Below, in pieces: positions 1 through 15,600 of a DNA stretch of 64,000 nt. Both the position numbers and the translations under genes were made by a program. How positions within the stretch are numbered: position 1 is the first letter of the stretch; the number at the start of each line of letters is the position of its first letter. The DNA comes from Mytilus trossulus (lineage: Eukaryota): NCBI RefSeq assembly GCF_036588685.1, contig NC_086375.1, forward strand, positions 79,360,001-79,424,000, in the 5' to 3' direction. A model generated the notes under the pieces. The model made no database searches and was not told the origin of the DNA. It worked only from the letters and a program-made list of their open reading frames with translations.

Positions 1-335
1 ATTTAGGTCGACGTTTTATCAATTTATTTTCAATCTGTAAATATTTTGTTGACGAGATGCCATAGATAGCAGAATAAGAACTTGGCTCATGTTTTGACAA
101 GTTTGTGATATCGAAAACCCTGGTGTAATAATTTTTCAGTAATACATAAATTTCTCTAGCTAAAATCTAATACGTTGCTACATACACGAGCGAATCGTAC
201 AAGTTGAGATACATAAACACCATAAGATGGTGACAAGGGAACGTCACCTTCTAAAAATTGATAATAAACAATAGGAAATGAAAAATAATCTCTTTTATCA
301 TAAATTTTTGTATTAATCTTCCCGTTCATGATATA
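1..335 (-). mobile_element. Penelope-like retroelement reverse transcriptase C-terminal fragment (degenerate)
   Basis: ORF 156-353 reads KIYDKRDYFSFPIV..GDVPLSPSYGVYVSQLVRFARVCS, the YDKRDxF / YGVYxSQLxRxxRxC signature of PLE RT C-termini. Similarity continues past an in-frame stop (RNLCITEKLLHQGFRYHKLVK) toward the window edge. Confidence 0.8.
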
Positions 336-3300
336 GATATAGATTGCATGCATTATTTCTATATTAATTTAAATATTACGGTATTGACATTTCTTATATA
401 TGAATAACGGAACGTTGTAGATATATTTCATAAATATTATATTTTTTTATTCAAAAGTGTCTTAATCTAATGAAAAACATTTTTTTTTTTTATACTTTTA
501 TCAAATTAATATTAAATGTGCAATAATTAATTCTCTAGCAACACAAACAACAGTTACCTTGTATATCTAAGAACATCTTACTTTATAAAATCATGTGGGA
601 CAATAAGTACTCTAAAATGTTTTTAAAAAAGTGGGATAATCGTGAATAAACCGTCTCGTTCATTACTCGGACCAATAACACTTGACTCCCGCAGATAAGT
701 GCGGCTAGCTCGGTTAGTTTTTGACTAGTTGTCAATGAGTTCATCAATACGTAAGGTCATCATCAGTATATAAGTGTTCTTATAATATTCTTTTTCTGGC
801 ACTATAAACGTTAATTGACAGTTCTGTTCTTCTCTTTTTTTACCAATTCAATTTTGATTAACAAAATATGTTCTAAAGTATATCAGGTTGAGATCGGTTG
901 TTATATTCTGTAACAAAGTTGAGAATTTATGTCAAATTAAACAAGAAGCTAGATGTCAGTCATCCTTCAAAATTCATGAACCTTCTGTATAGGATTTATC
1001 ATTATAGCTTCTTTTTGTTTTGAATGATTGAGTCCTGTTAATACAGATACTAGATAGTAGTTGTGTTTAAAGCCTTTTGAAATTTACATACCAAAAATAC
1101 CGAATTCCGAGGAAATTTTTAACAGAAAGTCCCTAATCAAATGGCAAAATTTTGCGCTCAAACACATCATACCAATGGATAACAACTGTCATGTTTCTAA
1201 CTCGGTTCAGTAATTTCCTTATGTTGAAAATGATTGATTAAAATTGGGTTTAAAGCCAGCAAAATCTTTCACTTGTATATGTTTTGCCGAATGTGAACTT
1301 GTATTGCCATACGACGTGTCTCGGTATTTATACATTCATCAACATTCGTGTATTCAAATATATTGTTTTTTTTTATGTCGGATCTGTTGGAAATTGTGTC
1401 TTATCGTTTGTAATTTGAAATCTGTATTATCAGAACATTTTACATATGTAATATTTATCCCGTATAGTTGAGTTAATTTCCATTTTCCATGGATAAAGTA
1501 TTGTGTTAATCCAAATAATTATGACGTCGTCACAGCATTTATTTGAAATAGCCATACAAGAGCATTATAATAATAATTTTTTGGACTAGTATAGTGAAAA
1601 AAAATATGTATTTATGGATCTTGTTCCATATAATTGTACGAATCTCAAGATAATATATACATCACAAAATGACGTCACTGTTTGTAGAATCATGTGATTT
1701 CGTTAAAGAAAGATGTCAGATTTTTTTCTGTCGTTGTTATGTACTGTTATATAATTTTTATTTGACATCTAGACATCTAAATAAAAGTTTAGTATTGTAC
1801 AAATTCACCCGAGCCGAATTGCAAAACCAAAATCCTAACTGTGTATTGCTACCTAATACATACAGCGCTCAATGTCATATGTACAGCGCTATACCTTACA
1901 ACTTGAACGCTAGATTTTACTCCTCGAGCACTTACTTAACATATGCAGCTCTACAGCTCTATACTTTATATTTCCTTTTCGGAATTTGAATCTGTGTTGT
2001 CTGTTTGTTTTGTTTATATATACATCGTTATCAATAAAATATAATTTTGTATGCGAGTGTCATACAAGTGTGAGATTTGCTGGTTTTTAATACCATGTTA
2101 AATTCACCATTTCCTACATATGAAAATATCTGTTTTGAATCAGAAATATTACAGTCATTATTGTGTTTAATTTGACAGAAAACCATTGTTCCAAATTATT
2201 GCAACCGTACTAGAAAATCTCAATCTGACATACTTTATAACATATTTAGCTTAATACCATTTTATTCGTAAAGAAAAAGAAAAAAAATTGTTATTATACG
2301 TTTATAGTAACGAAGAAAAATATTTATATATACTGATGTTAACGTTACGTACTGATGAACTCATTGTAATTTTGACAAAATAAACCTCACCGAAAGACAT
2401 TTTATATCACATATGTCCGAGTAATGAACGAGTCAAGGACTCATTTAGTTATCTATGGCCTTACAGCCTTTATTTAACAAAAATATTTACAGATTGACAA
2501 TAAATGGATGAAACGCCTACCTACCCTAACTATATTTTTGATATTTTGTTCCAGAAAAGCTCAACAAGAAGTATCAGTAAAATTGTTCTCGCGAAACCAT
2601 ATTCATTTGGTTTAGATTTGAAGCGTAATCTAATCGATCATATATTTCAACCTTAACCGATGCTGTTATAAAAAAAAAAACGGATTTCGAATTTAGTCGT
2701 CTGTTTCGACATTGTCTCATTTAATTATGGCCGTGATCTCATGGCGTTTTGTTTAAAGTACACTTACGATTGTCAACTTACACTGTTATAAATGGAAATA
2801 TACATTCACTGTTAGCATTAAAAAGAAATTTCTTCAGAATTCAGAATAATTTTGAAAATAGAATAGTGCGTGTTCAATCGATTTCTTTGGTAAAACATTT
2901 AACCAACTACTTAAAGTGAACAATTTGGGAGCTGCAATACTGTGATTATTTTATCATTTCAGTAGTTACTAGAAATGCAGGGAACTTGTAAATATTTTAA
3001 AAGTATAGAACGATACGATTACCTCTCGATCCCAATAACTCATGCCCAAGATTCAGTTTTACTTTTTGTTTACACAAAGGAATTGAATCATAAACTCTTC
3101 ATTTTATAAATTGGTATCCAATAATTATGTCTTTCCTTCTCCTATTGACTCAGATGTTTTGTTAAAATACAGCAGTTTCATACCTGTAAATCGCTGCTCT
3201 CTATCGTGAAACAAAACGAACGGGAGAGGGATGATATGTGAAAAGACGTAAATGAGAGGCAACCAAACGCCATGTAAAAGCAAATGTGTCAAGAGGTCAA

Positions 3301-6300
3301 CAGGTGGTCATGACAAAAACTGTTATAGTGCAGAAATCTCGTATTATAGTACAATGGGAAGATAAACCTTTTACTTGGATCTAAGATATACAGCTGTAAA
3401 TAAGAAGATGTGGTATGAGTGCCAATGAGACAACTCTCCAAGTCACAAATATAAATCTATATAAAAAACACAAAAATGAATCCCAGCAACAAGCACTGAA
3501 CAACAGGCTCGCGACTATCTCTATTTTTAAGAATCAAACGACGATATGTAATTATTTCACAAAATAATGTATGTACTGCTCTTTTTCGTTTGTCTACAAA
3601 CTATCATTCCAAAGGGTCTTGAATTTGATTTTAACATTCTAGGTTTTATCGATGTTGTAATTTATTCCATATTTTTTCAGCCCTATCAAATTTTGTACAT
3701 TCACAGACGATATGATATTTATTTTTGAACTGCTTTGTTAAAATAAAGATCTTACTGCGATTTAAATGTCCTTCAATTACACTGCTCGGTTCGAGTATAC
3801 ATGTACCTGAAATTCACATGTATTTTATTTTGCAATTAGTTAATTATATCATTGACTGTTTGTGATGTAGATATAAATTTTTACTTTGATGTACACGAAA
3901 CACGAAAGTAGGACTGGTTAACATCTATTTGGATTGCTATTATTCAATTAATTCAATTCAAATAGCCAAATGTTGTGACATGCATTCATAAAGTTTATTT
4001 TTAATAAAAATGTTTCCATTTGATAATAAGCAAAATATTATACCATGTAAAGTCCATGGACCATGCCAACGAATGTACAATAAACTGTATATTTATGACA
4101 TTGAATGCAATTAAAATCCATGATTTTCGATGTAAAAAAACAAAAATTCTGATATTTCACATTTGAAGATAATGTCATATTCCAACAGGGGCGAATGGTA
4201 GCCACTATAAGAATGTGGGGAAAAGAAGATAAAAACAAAAATATTTCGTGGTATTTTATTTTTTCTAAACTGATGGTAATGAGTGTCATTTGTTTTCAAA
4301 ATAGTTCACATGTAATTTTGATGAAATGTTGATTAAAAAAACAAATATTCTGATAAATTATTATAACAGGAGAAATAAATACCTCTGACGCACCACTGAG
4401 TCCGAAAAAGCCACACAAGCATTATAATTTAGGATAAATGATATATGAACTCGAAATTAACAATAAATATCTTAAGAACGGCATATAGATGTCATATGAT
4501 GCTGTTGAATCCACGCAAAAGAAATATACGAAAACATATTGCAAAATAGAGAATGATTTTGAAATGTTAGTGTTTTAACAAAGAGGGACGAAAGATACCA
4601 GAGGGACAGTCAAACTCATCAATCGAAAACAAACTGATTCCTATTTTTTATTCTGTTCCTTCAACCTTGAATATGCAGTCAACCATATTAGAAAGTCCTT
4701 CAACCAATTGTTTTATAGTTTTAGAATACGTTGATTATAAGAAATCGTGTGCGTTTGGAATGAAAACAAACCACCCGTTATCCGAACTTTTTGTTTGGCA
4801 CTGTTGATTAGCATAAGCAGTTAAAATGTTCTTTCTTTACTTTAGCTGGGCGACCTTTTCGAAAACGAATGATATCTGGTTATAGGAGTTTGTTGCTATA
4901 TATGTTTTATGTATCAACAGTTCAATTCTACTATCTAATTTGTTTACCAACCTGACAAAAGAAAATACGAGTTTTATTTTAACTACAATTATACTTACTT
5001 TCGATATCGGACATTCCACGAGTACATTTTGCTTTTTCTTTTTGTTCTATTTTAGTGTTCCAAATATATATAAAAAAAAGTATATATCAACTGCCTCAAT
5101 GAGTGGAGCCTATTTCAACTTTTCTCCCAGTACATAACAACCGAATGAACTGTTTCCTAGGTCTTTATTTTTGTTTGTTATAATTCATTAAAATTATCAT
5201 TCAATGTTGTAATTACTTACATAATCTACTAAAAGTTAAAATTCGAAAATCAATTATACCATTCACTGACAAAATCTGTCAAAAAGTTCATTCAAAAAAG
5301 ATATCAATCGTGAAAAATTGTTTAAAAATTGCATATAACAATGTTAATTATATCTATCTGGGTATACATCCTTTGTTTTCGGTATGGGTGCGAAAGTGTA
5401 TGGCTTTCATGGTTTATTTTGCATGAATTTAAAATATAACGTATCCATTTGTGTTACACAGGGAATTGGTATCGTTTTTCTTATAGATATGTGCGTCTTC
5501 TGAGATACTAATATTTGAGAGGCTAAGCAGCTAGCTTCAAAAATATGTTTTATCAACAACTTTTTTCATAATAAAATACCAAGTCAGAAATATTACAGTT
5601 GTTTTCCATTCGTTTGATGTGTCTGAAGATCGGATTATGCAATTTGAATTTTAAATTCATGTTGGAGTTCGGAAAATTATTCTTCATACAAAAATATCAC
5701 GTGAATGTAATTTTGATATTATAACGTTTTTATTTGTATTAATTGTATTCAAATTCAATCTGCTATATTCTATACTCTGTTCTGCACTGAAGGGTAATCT
5801 ATTTCTGAAAATTAGACTTCGTGTTGCTAAATGTAACTACAACAATATTATTAAAATGTTTATTCGTAAATTATCATATTTATTAATAAAGCACTTTTTT
5901 TCAAATTAGGTTAATGATTTATGTTAAATTATCCATAAACGGTAAAGATATGTCGAAATATGATTTGATGGAGATCGGGTATGACAACTGAGACAAACAA
6001 ACAAAAATAAAGTATGTCGTACGGGCCTCGAGTAAATAATTAATGGCATTGATGACTTTAGCGGCTACATTTAAAAAAAACTAGGTGTTCTAGGGATAAG
6101 GGTAATTTAAACAATAGAAACCAAATCTTTGATAAACAAAAGATACAGTTCAAATACCGCTCGGAAAAGTATTACTTTTTGGTGTAAAAATACTGTAAAT
6201 ATATATTTCAGCTCAATCACTCCTGATTAACCAAAATATCAACCAGAAGGTTAAGCGAGAATTTATTGGAATTCTTGTTCAACTTTTCTGGTATAAAATA

Positions 6301-6676
6301 TATTAAAAAAAATAAAAATAGACTAGTTCGTCTTTTCATTAATTTATTGTCAATCTGTGATTTTGTTTGTTAAAAAGGAGACTACCCTGACATGATAACT
6401 AAATGATAGTTTTGTTTATTATTCGAACCAATGTAGTTTAAAATGACATCAGAGTGAATTTTCTCCAGCAAACCTGTGATGATTCAGAATTTTTCACACT
6501 GATCAAAACCGGTGTAAAGCACAGATATATAGAACATACAGATTATACCACTATAATGATCGAATTAAACACATTTGTAAAATAAAATAATACAAAAAAT
6601 ACATGAGTAAATGTGTTTTTTTCTTCTTCTCCTGTTTAACAATGAATACAATTGTCTACGTTGAGTGTACATGAGT

Positions 6677-9600
6677 TCATCTTTCACCATCTGAATCTCC
6701 CATTTGTTCTCCAGAATTGACAAACTTATGCATATTTTCATATGATAGTCTGTAGGTATGAAACTGTTCAATGTCAGTAATGTTTATAGCACCTTTTCGT
6801 TTGTAAAACTCAATTGCGGCTGTATTCCAGCTACACGCTCCCCATTCCATTTGATTACAACCGTCTTTTAGAGCTTCCTAAAACAAAACATACATAGTAG
6901 ATATATATTGTTTATCATGGTTGTGAAATGATGATATTGAATTAAAAAAAAATCTAAATAATTTTCCATGACCAGACATCAAGACGGTATATTTATAATT
7001 AGATGATTTATAAAAAGTCCATTATACAAAATGAAAACTATATTTCGTTTTTCGAAAGTGTATTCCAGGAAATCAGAGACATATAACAAAAATATGTACC
7101 GTCAATTTCTGTGTGTACAGTAGCGTTAATTTCAGACGATTCGATACCTCTTTTAGCTGGTTAATTGTTTTTATCTGTAATCACTTTCAGTGGTTTTGTC
7201 AATTGGTACCAACATTGTGTATTGTGTCATACTACATCAAACGTCATTTTCAAAGATGGAGCGCCCGACTCGCTTTTCTGTATTAACCTTGTATCGTCAC
7301 AGAACACTATAATTCAAACATTAGATAACCGAGGATGTTCACATTATCTTAAACTGTCAACCTCTTGATGTTTTCTGTGGGATATGTGAGTCAACATTTG
7401 ATCACCGATATTCCCATCTTATCAATACATTCATAAGATACAAATCCAGATCAAAAACAGAAAAGGATGGAAACTGACACGAGTCCCAAAAGCATCGATA
7501 TCAGATAACCGTCTTCTGTTTGTCACCCATCCTCCGTAATGTGAATCCAAACTCCATATATACATATGTGTGTTTGTGAAAATCTACTTCAAAACTAAAT
7601 TAGGTCAATAAAAAAGAAATAAACGACCCGGTAATTTGATATAAAACGACTTCAAACAAAAAAACAAAGAAAACAAAAGATTTCCAAAGACCTGACATGT
7701 AAACAGGTAATGGCATCGGGGAACAACAGTCACCCAGACATTGTTTACATATACTAGAGTTATTGACAAAGAGGTTTTTTGACTTTTTGAACTATTATGT
7801 CAGTTTGGTTTATTCAGACTATCCTTTGAATATAATGATATTTAATGCGACTGTCATACAAGTGAGAGGTTAAGCTAGCTACAAAGAAAAATTTAAGCCA
7901 CCATTTTATACATCAAAATATTTCTGTACCAAGTAAAGAATGTGACAGATATTTTTTTTAATTTTCCACCTTTGTTTATAAATTTTTAGTTATTTTTTTC
8001 AGACTATCATAATAAGTATCAGCTTTTAGTATTAGCTTTTAATAATTTAAGTCTATACCTTCACTGCTGTTCTCCACAGTCTGGTACCAACCCCATGTCG
8101 CTGGTGTTCAGGTTTCACATATAAGTCTTCCATGAATGCCTTTTTTCCTACCCACGATGAATATATGGTAAAGTACATTACATAACCAACTATGGCTGAA
8201 ATAGTTAAAGAATATTTGCTACAAATGTAAGAAACATTTTACTGTAACAAATGAGAAAGTTTTGATGTTTAAAAATAAGTATCCGAGATAAGTTAAAAAA
8301 ATTTAGATTAGGAGAATTGTACAAATATCTAACTCTGAAGTTATTGAATTATATAAAAAAAAAAAATCTGTAAGACTCATTATGCTAGATATACAAATTA
8401 TTTTATGCTATCAAAGTAAGTCTTTGTATAATGGTATTACAATAAGTTATTACATCCCTGTTTGTAGACTTGTTTGTGAACTCGTTATTTGCGGAATCCA
8501 AACAGAGAGCTTCCTCAAAGAAAAGAAAAAGAAAACAAAGGATCTTATAATGTTTCACTGTCAGGTATATTGATAATGTCTTGTTGCTCAATATCAATTT
8601 TTCTATGAGTGCTTGCAACTCATACATCCTGGTGAACCTAAAGTACCACCGATACTATAAGTAGATATTAGAAGATGTGGTGTGATGGTCAATGATAAAA
8701 CTCTCCATCAAATTCACTCGTTAAAACAAATAATCCATTAATGGTCAAAGTACAACCTTCAACATGGAATCTTGGCTTTCACAGAACAACAAGATATTAA
8801 GGGCATAAACAATACTAGTGTAAAACAGGAAAACCGACGTTTTAATCTATTTAAAAATCAAACAAAACATTCGAAAACGAAAAACACTTATAAACCACTA
8901 CTTAAGAACCACATAAACAATCGACAACCACTGAACAACAGGTTTCTGATTTAGGACAGGATCAAGCATCACCCTTACCTGAAATTATCACAACATAGAA
9001 AGACACACTATTAACTATCATTTGAAATGGTTTAACTCAATCATAATTACTTACAAAAAAGCAAACAAACACTAAACGCATCCATTTAATTTATGACACT
9101 AATTTATAAGGTCTTCATATAACTTGATTTTTTGGACTTCCAAATTTTGCCATTTAAAAATGGACTTCCCCTTTTTTTTTGTTCTGCCACTTTTTCTCGA
9201 TATTGATACAGATTCAGAAATCAAACTAGAATATATGACAAAGAGGATAATTTCGAAAAACTAAGGATTTTCTTATTCCAGGCATTGATTTCCTTAGCCG
9301 TATTTGGCACATCTTTTTGAAATTTGGAATCCTCAATGCTCTTCAACTTTGTAATTTTCTAACTTAATAATTATTTTGATATGAGCGTCACTGATGAGTC
9401 TTGTGTAGACGAAACGCGCGTCTGATGTACTAAATTATAATCCTGGTACCTTTGATAACTATCAACTTTTAAATTGTCAATATCCCGTTTCCAAGCAGTA
9501 ACAGTCCCTATCCCATAACGTCTCATACTATGTATTGAACATCCGTCATGTCAATCAATGTTCAATTATAACGTAACGCCCGTCTATGTTTACCTTATAC

Positions 9601-12600
9601 GTACTTCATTAACGGTTATGTGCTTCTGACATGAGAACTGTTCCTATAGAGTTGAAAGGAAATCCACTGAAATCGATCTTACAAAAGTCACCAACATATA
9701 CGACGGTTCTTTGTCGCTACTAATTAGCACCATATTTTCGTCGTCTCAAAATTAAGATATCAGAATAATCATCTGATCATCTATTACAGATTGTGACATT
9801 TCCACTGACTGCGGATTTGAATTGCAGAAGATGCATGCATAGCAGGTAACAATTACCTGTCAACGCACCCGGTCTCACTTTCGGAATTATTGCGTTACCT
9901 AAGTTTTTGTTTATTACTTTGAACAACTAAGGATTTTCTTATCGAGGCATAGATTACCAGAGCCGTACAGTATTTAGCAAAACTTTTGGAATTTTGGGTC
10001 CTCAATGCTCTTCAATTTTGTACTTGTTTGGCCTTAGAACTATTTTGATTTGAGCATGACTGATGAGTCTTATGTAGACGGAACGCGCGTCTGGTGTATT
10101 TAATCATAATCCTGTTACTTTTTATAACTATTGATTGATAAGTCTTCAATGTCGATTGATGTCATTGTGATTTGAACCCTTCTGTTGCTTTTATTTACGA
10201 AGTTGCAGAATGAATTAATTATAAGAAAAGAATTTGATTGATCAAATGAAATGTAGATATTATGACGCAAGTGCAGTTTTATTCATATTAAAACTACAAT
10301 ACAATTCTATGATTTACGCCGTTATTGCAAAAGCTATGGAAAAATTGCTTACTGCTAGTTTTAAGGTAGATCACAAGTATATATTTTTTGAGACAGAATT
10401 TTTTTATAATTTGCCAAAATGAAGATTTTACTATGTTATTTTCAAAAATTTAATAAAAAGTATGGGTCACCGTGCTATTTTTCAAGCAATGAGTCGTTTA
10501 AAAATTGCTCAAATTTGGTTAGTTTGTTCATGAAAAAACACATTGGTGTGCATAAAAAATATTCTATGAGATAGAATTTTGAAATAAATTGTGAAAAGAA
10601 AGGTTTCATAATATGTTTTAAGAAAATAAAAAGAAAACATGGTGTCACAGGACTTGTTTTCTTGCTTCAAGTGAAAATAAAAAATTTCCCTATTAGTCCA
10701 GTATAAATTTTGTACTAAAAGAATTATCTCACCTTAAATGGCGCATTTGAAAAAAAAAATGATTTTAAAACCAAAAAAAATGATATTTGTTAAAATATTT
10801 TGTATAATACAATTAATTAACAGGTTTTCTTCAAATAGAAAAAAAACAGTCTAACTATTGAATTGAAATCTGTCTCTAAATTTGCAGATTTAGGCAAATA
10901 ACTAGACCGATTTTGTACTGTGATTGTACAATCCAAGATGGCGGTATACCATCAATCTACCTTAAGGAACAGGTTTGTTTCTTCTCAACTTTTGCTCCGT
11001 GTGGTTTAAAACTGTTATACATAAAACAACATTGTTTGCACTATTATATACACTATAAAGGAACATTATAGAAACATACTTAGGAAACAATTGCATTGTA
11101 CCAAGCTTATATCAGAGTTTTTTGTTATATACAAATTATATCACGTCTTTTTAATATTTTTTCTTCTTCAAAATGTTGCCTCATCTAAGACATGCATTTG
11201 TTGTGGTCTTTTCAGGTCACTTAATAATAGTAACTATATCACAGAGGCATAGTTATTAACAAATAACCTACAAAATATCATAATGATGGAAATTGATAGA
11301 TTAAATCTTACTTTTAAAAACTAACGTTCCTGGAAAAGGGTGCTATATTATAAGAGTTTGTATTAATTTTACTTCTACTGATTCATGCTAACAACCTTTC
11401 ACTTAACCCCGGAACGAAAATGCTTTATTTGAAGATAATTGTGTTATAGTGAAATCCAAAAGCAATTTGGTGAATCATATTAATTATTTTGTTTTTGAAA
11501 GGAGAAAGCTTTTTTTCAAATAGGGATTAAGTTTGATTCAATCCATGTAATATTGTTGATCCTTCAAATCAGCTTATTCTAAAATATAACCAATTTATGT
11601 TACAAATCTTACAAGTGTTGTTTTTATTTTTGTTTTACAGTACCAAGCCAATACAGCTGCTGATGGAGTATAAGTCCCAAAGGGTATCTCAGCTCTGTTG
11701 TCAGTACCTCGGTATTGACATGGTAAATAAAAAAAAAATCGTTTTATAAATCTATAGAATAAGAGATCAACTGCCTCATTCAATGTTCGTTCTTCAAACA
11801 TTCGGTTTTGAACATTCTGAATAAATGAAAATCCAGAAAACGTTCGGACGCACAGCATTTAAAAAGTCTCATTTTTCTCTCAGTGAGAAATACATGATAA
11901 CATTAAGCACTGGTCACCAAGTTCATTTAAAAAAAAGAACTGTAATGATCATTGAGTCACGAACCTCTAAAAATTTTAATTTATCAATTGACATCTTGGC
12001 ACAAGTTAATGTAATGGTGAATATAATACTATTTGACGCAATCATGAACTTAACGAGGTTTTGTCTGGGTCATTTAGGCTGTTTTGTCATCGATCTATAA
12101 GCAACATTTTCATTTGCTTATCACAATCACCTACGAACAAAAACAAACTGATTGTTGTTTTGGATGCCGGATTAAACTTCATTAGAAACGCTTGGCATGA
12201 TAATGATAGAAATCTTGTTGTACATATTTTGACATGACACCCATGAAAACAAACTTACATCTGTGCCATAAAACAAACAACAGTTTTCTGTTTTATCATT
12301 GAATATATTTTAAAAAGATATTTTTTTCTCTTTCGATATAGAACTAAACTATTATAGCACTGGTTTGACGTTGGAGCATTGTTATCATATACTTGAATGT
12401 TAAGACGCCTATTACATCAACCAGCAATTGTAAAAAAACAAAACTTGCTTTCGTTTTGAGCAAACGTTAATATTAAAAATAATTGGTTAATGGCACAGTT
12501 TATAATGTCTTGGTTTAAATGTCAGCATATAGAAATGAATCAAAACAAAGCGATTGCGAACTATGAAATAAATAAATGCTAAATAGCTTGTCTAAAACAA

Positions 12601-15600
12601 TAACATACATTTCCAAAAAATTGAAAAGTATTTATTTCGCTTCCGGAAGCAAAAAAGTTCGGCAATACTAGCTTTTATTCTCATTGTACAAACACATTTC
12701 AAATCCATCCAAGACTGTCTGTATATTATATTTACCATTATCAAATTCTGCAACAAAGCAATCAAAAAGACGTTTCTCTCCAAATCCGTCCCTAAGAAGA
12801 ACTGAAAGAAATAAATGCCTGAATTTCATATATTCTTGTATGTTCTGATTTAGACGTCATTTTATGATTTTTTGCGTTGAGGCCTGGACTGAGTCGGGTG
12901 TGTCTATTCTGTGTTGGTCTTAGCATTATGTATTCGGGTTTAGTTTTCTGTAATTAGTTAATACTTCAGTTTCATTATGCATATCTCTTTAATATTCATT
13001 TGATAAAATTTACTCTTTGCAAAAGCATTAATTGTTCTAAATAATAAGGATTTGTTTATCACAAGCATAAACACATAGCCGTATTTGACACAACCTTTTT
13101 CAACTTTTGATCTTCAGTGCTGTACAACTTTGTACTTTTTTTTACTTTCGATCTTTTATATCTGGCCGTAACTGGTGAGTCTTGTGTGGAAAAGGCGTGT
13201 TTTTGGCGTATTGAATTTCAAACCTGATGCTTTTTGTTTCTATTAATCATGTGTTTCTTTGTCTAATATGTTCTCCTATTTATTTGTATTGTAGTCCTGT
13301 AATATTATGTTGTCATTTCAATGTTATATTTAACATTGCCATTAAAGTGCGAGGTTTGACATGCCACAAAACAAGGTTTAACCAATCATTTGTTTCCCTT
13401 AAAAATGTCCTGTACCAAGTCAGGAAGATGGCCATTGTTATATTATTGTTCGTTCTGTGTGTGTTACATTTGAACGTTGCGTTGTTTGTTTTCTCTTATT
13501 TTTTTAGTGTAAAATCACATTGCAATAAGACGTGTTACGGTACTTGTCTTTCCCAAATTCATGTATTTGGTTTTGATGTTATATTTGTTATTCTCGTGGG
13601 ATATTGTCTGATGCTTGGTCCGTTTCTGTGTGTGTTACATTTCAGTGTTGTGTCGTTTTTCTCCTCTTATATTTATTGCGTTTCCCTCGGCTTAAGTTTG
13701 TTACCCCGATTTTGTTTTTTGTCCATTGATTTATGAGTTTGGAACAGCGTTATACTACTGTTGCCTTTATTTAGAACTTTTAACATATCGCATTCGGAAT
13801 GTCTGAAAATTAACAGATATAATTTTAATGATTATATATTTGATCAACTTTTAGATATTTATATATTTGTTAATTTAAATCCAGTTTGCAACTCCATCAT
13901 ACATCAACTTACAGGATTTGACTCATTTTTATGGAATACGTTTTGTTTTGATGCATTGTCATACTCATTTAATGTATATACACTCATCAAAGATTCCAAG
14001 ATTGAATTTTTCTACGCCAATATATTTCCATAACTTTTGGTAACGATCGAATTTGATGAAGGATATTGGGTGTTTACGTGAAGTTGGTATTTCTCAATAG
14101 TTGGTTTTGCATGAAATGTATACTGCAAACAATTGCAAACCTATATTTGTTGTTGTTTTTTTTATCTTTTTTGCATTTTTTTTTGGTTTGTCTATTGTTG
14201 ATGACGTAAGATGACTGACAGTTGATTACATCCACATCATTTGTACTCACCAATCTACATAGGTTCTGGGGGTAAATCCTTATTTTTAAACATTGCTAAC
14301 ATAGCCTAGAGCTGAAAAAATCATTTACTTAAAAGGCAAAAAAGAGAAAAAAAATCACATAAAAAAGATGTAAATTTTTTTAATGCAGGGAGACACTTTT
14401 CCTTTTGGTTATAGATCTTCAATATAAAATGTAATATTCATCTAAACTGGGGAAATAATCCTGAAAATTGTGTACGAGCGAATGATGCCAAAATGATTAG
14501 ACAAACTAATAAGTTGGAAACAAAATGACAATGCCATGGCAAAAAAAAAAGAGAAAAAAAAAAGTTTACAAAACACAACTTTGACAACTAAGAATAAGCG
14601 ACAAAAAATATTTAAGGCTAAACAAAATACATTGAATGTATTATAAAAAGAAGGTTTATGTAATTGAAGTACTAACGGCATTATTGTGTTTTATAACAAA
14701 TTGATATTTGTGAGTTTAATAGATCACCTGAATAAGCATATTGTCGTATTTTATTTCACAAATTAATATTTTTAATTTACTTGACTACGTTAGGTTAAGA
14801 AAGAGTAACGAACGGACAGATGATTCACAGACAGACAAACGAAGACTATATTACCGCGGAGTAAATTAGAGGTCGTCCTTTTCGATCGAAACCTACTTGA
14901 AATATGGATATGTTTTGTTGTGTTGAAAAGACTGTAGTCGTTTAATGGTTTGTTTGGGATTTTTTTTTTGTTGTGTTTTTTTTGGGGGGGAGGGGGGGTT
15001 GTTGTTATAGCGTTCATATCATTTTGCCTTCGATTTATTAGTTAGAACAATCAATTTGCTCTCTTTTAATTAAATAATTACTTACTTTCTTCACTGATCA
15101 TAACTTGATCTTCAGCTTTTAGAGCTTTAGCTAATTCCTGTAAAAACACAATCGAAATTAAAATCTATATCATACTAAGAGATTAGAGTAAGGGGAAGAA
15201 TGTTATCTTCTCTTCTATAAAAAACAAAATTCGAAATAGTCTAGCAGCGAAGTACAATTTAAAGCGCGTTATTAATCAATTTATTCATTAAAAGACTTGA
15301 GATTTCATATTGTAAGGTATGCATTGTTTTTAAACATAACAATTTAAAATGTCCGCCAAATTAAAAATGGCCGATATAAGGTACATGTTCAACACCATAC
15401 ACTTCATGATGGTTTTCGGTATACAACAACACAGTTCGTTTTTAGATAGAACACGAAAATATAATTATTGTTATTATATTTTATTATTGTCAGATTTTAG
15501 GGTTGATCACCATTTGTCTCACAATTATTGAAATGTATACTAATCAATGAAAAACGCCTAAAATGCTACAAGAAACGTGTATTGGTTGTTCCTATCTATA

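Noticed and set aside
6565-6771. ORF-track 68-aa ORF
   Set aside because: Wrong frame; the real coding frame here is the SAT last exon, 6877-6677.
11641-11722. Exon-like segment with a good AG acceptor and GT donor on the plus strand
   Set aside because: It is a degenerate 5' portion of family A inside the SAT intron, with no partner exons.
13227-13736. 169-aa hydrophobic ORF (and the similar 27867-28301)
   Set aside because: Lies inside repeat family C; the frames differ between copies and the composition reflects T-rich DNA.
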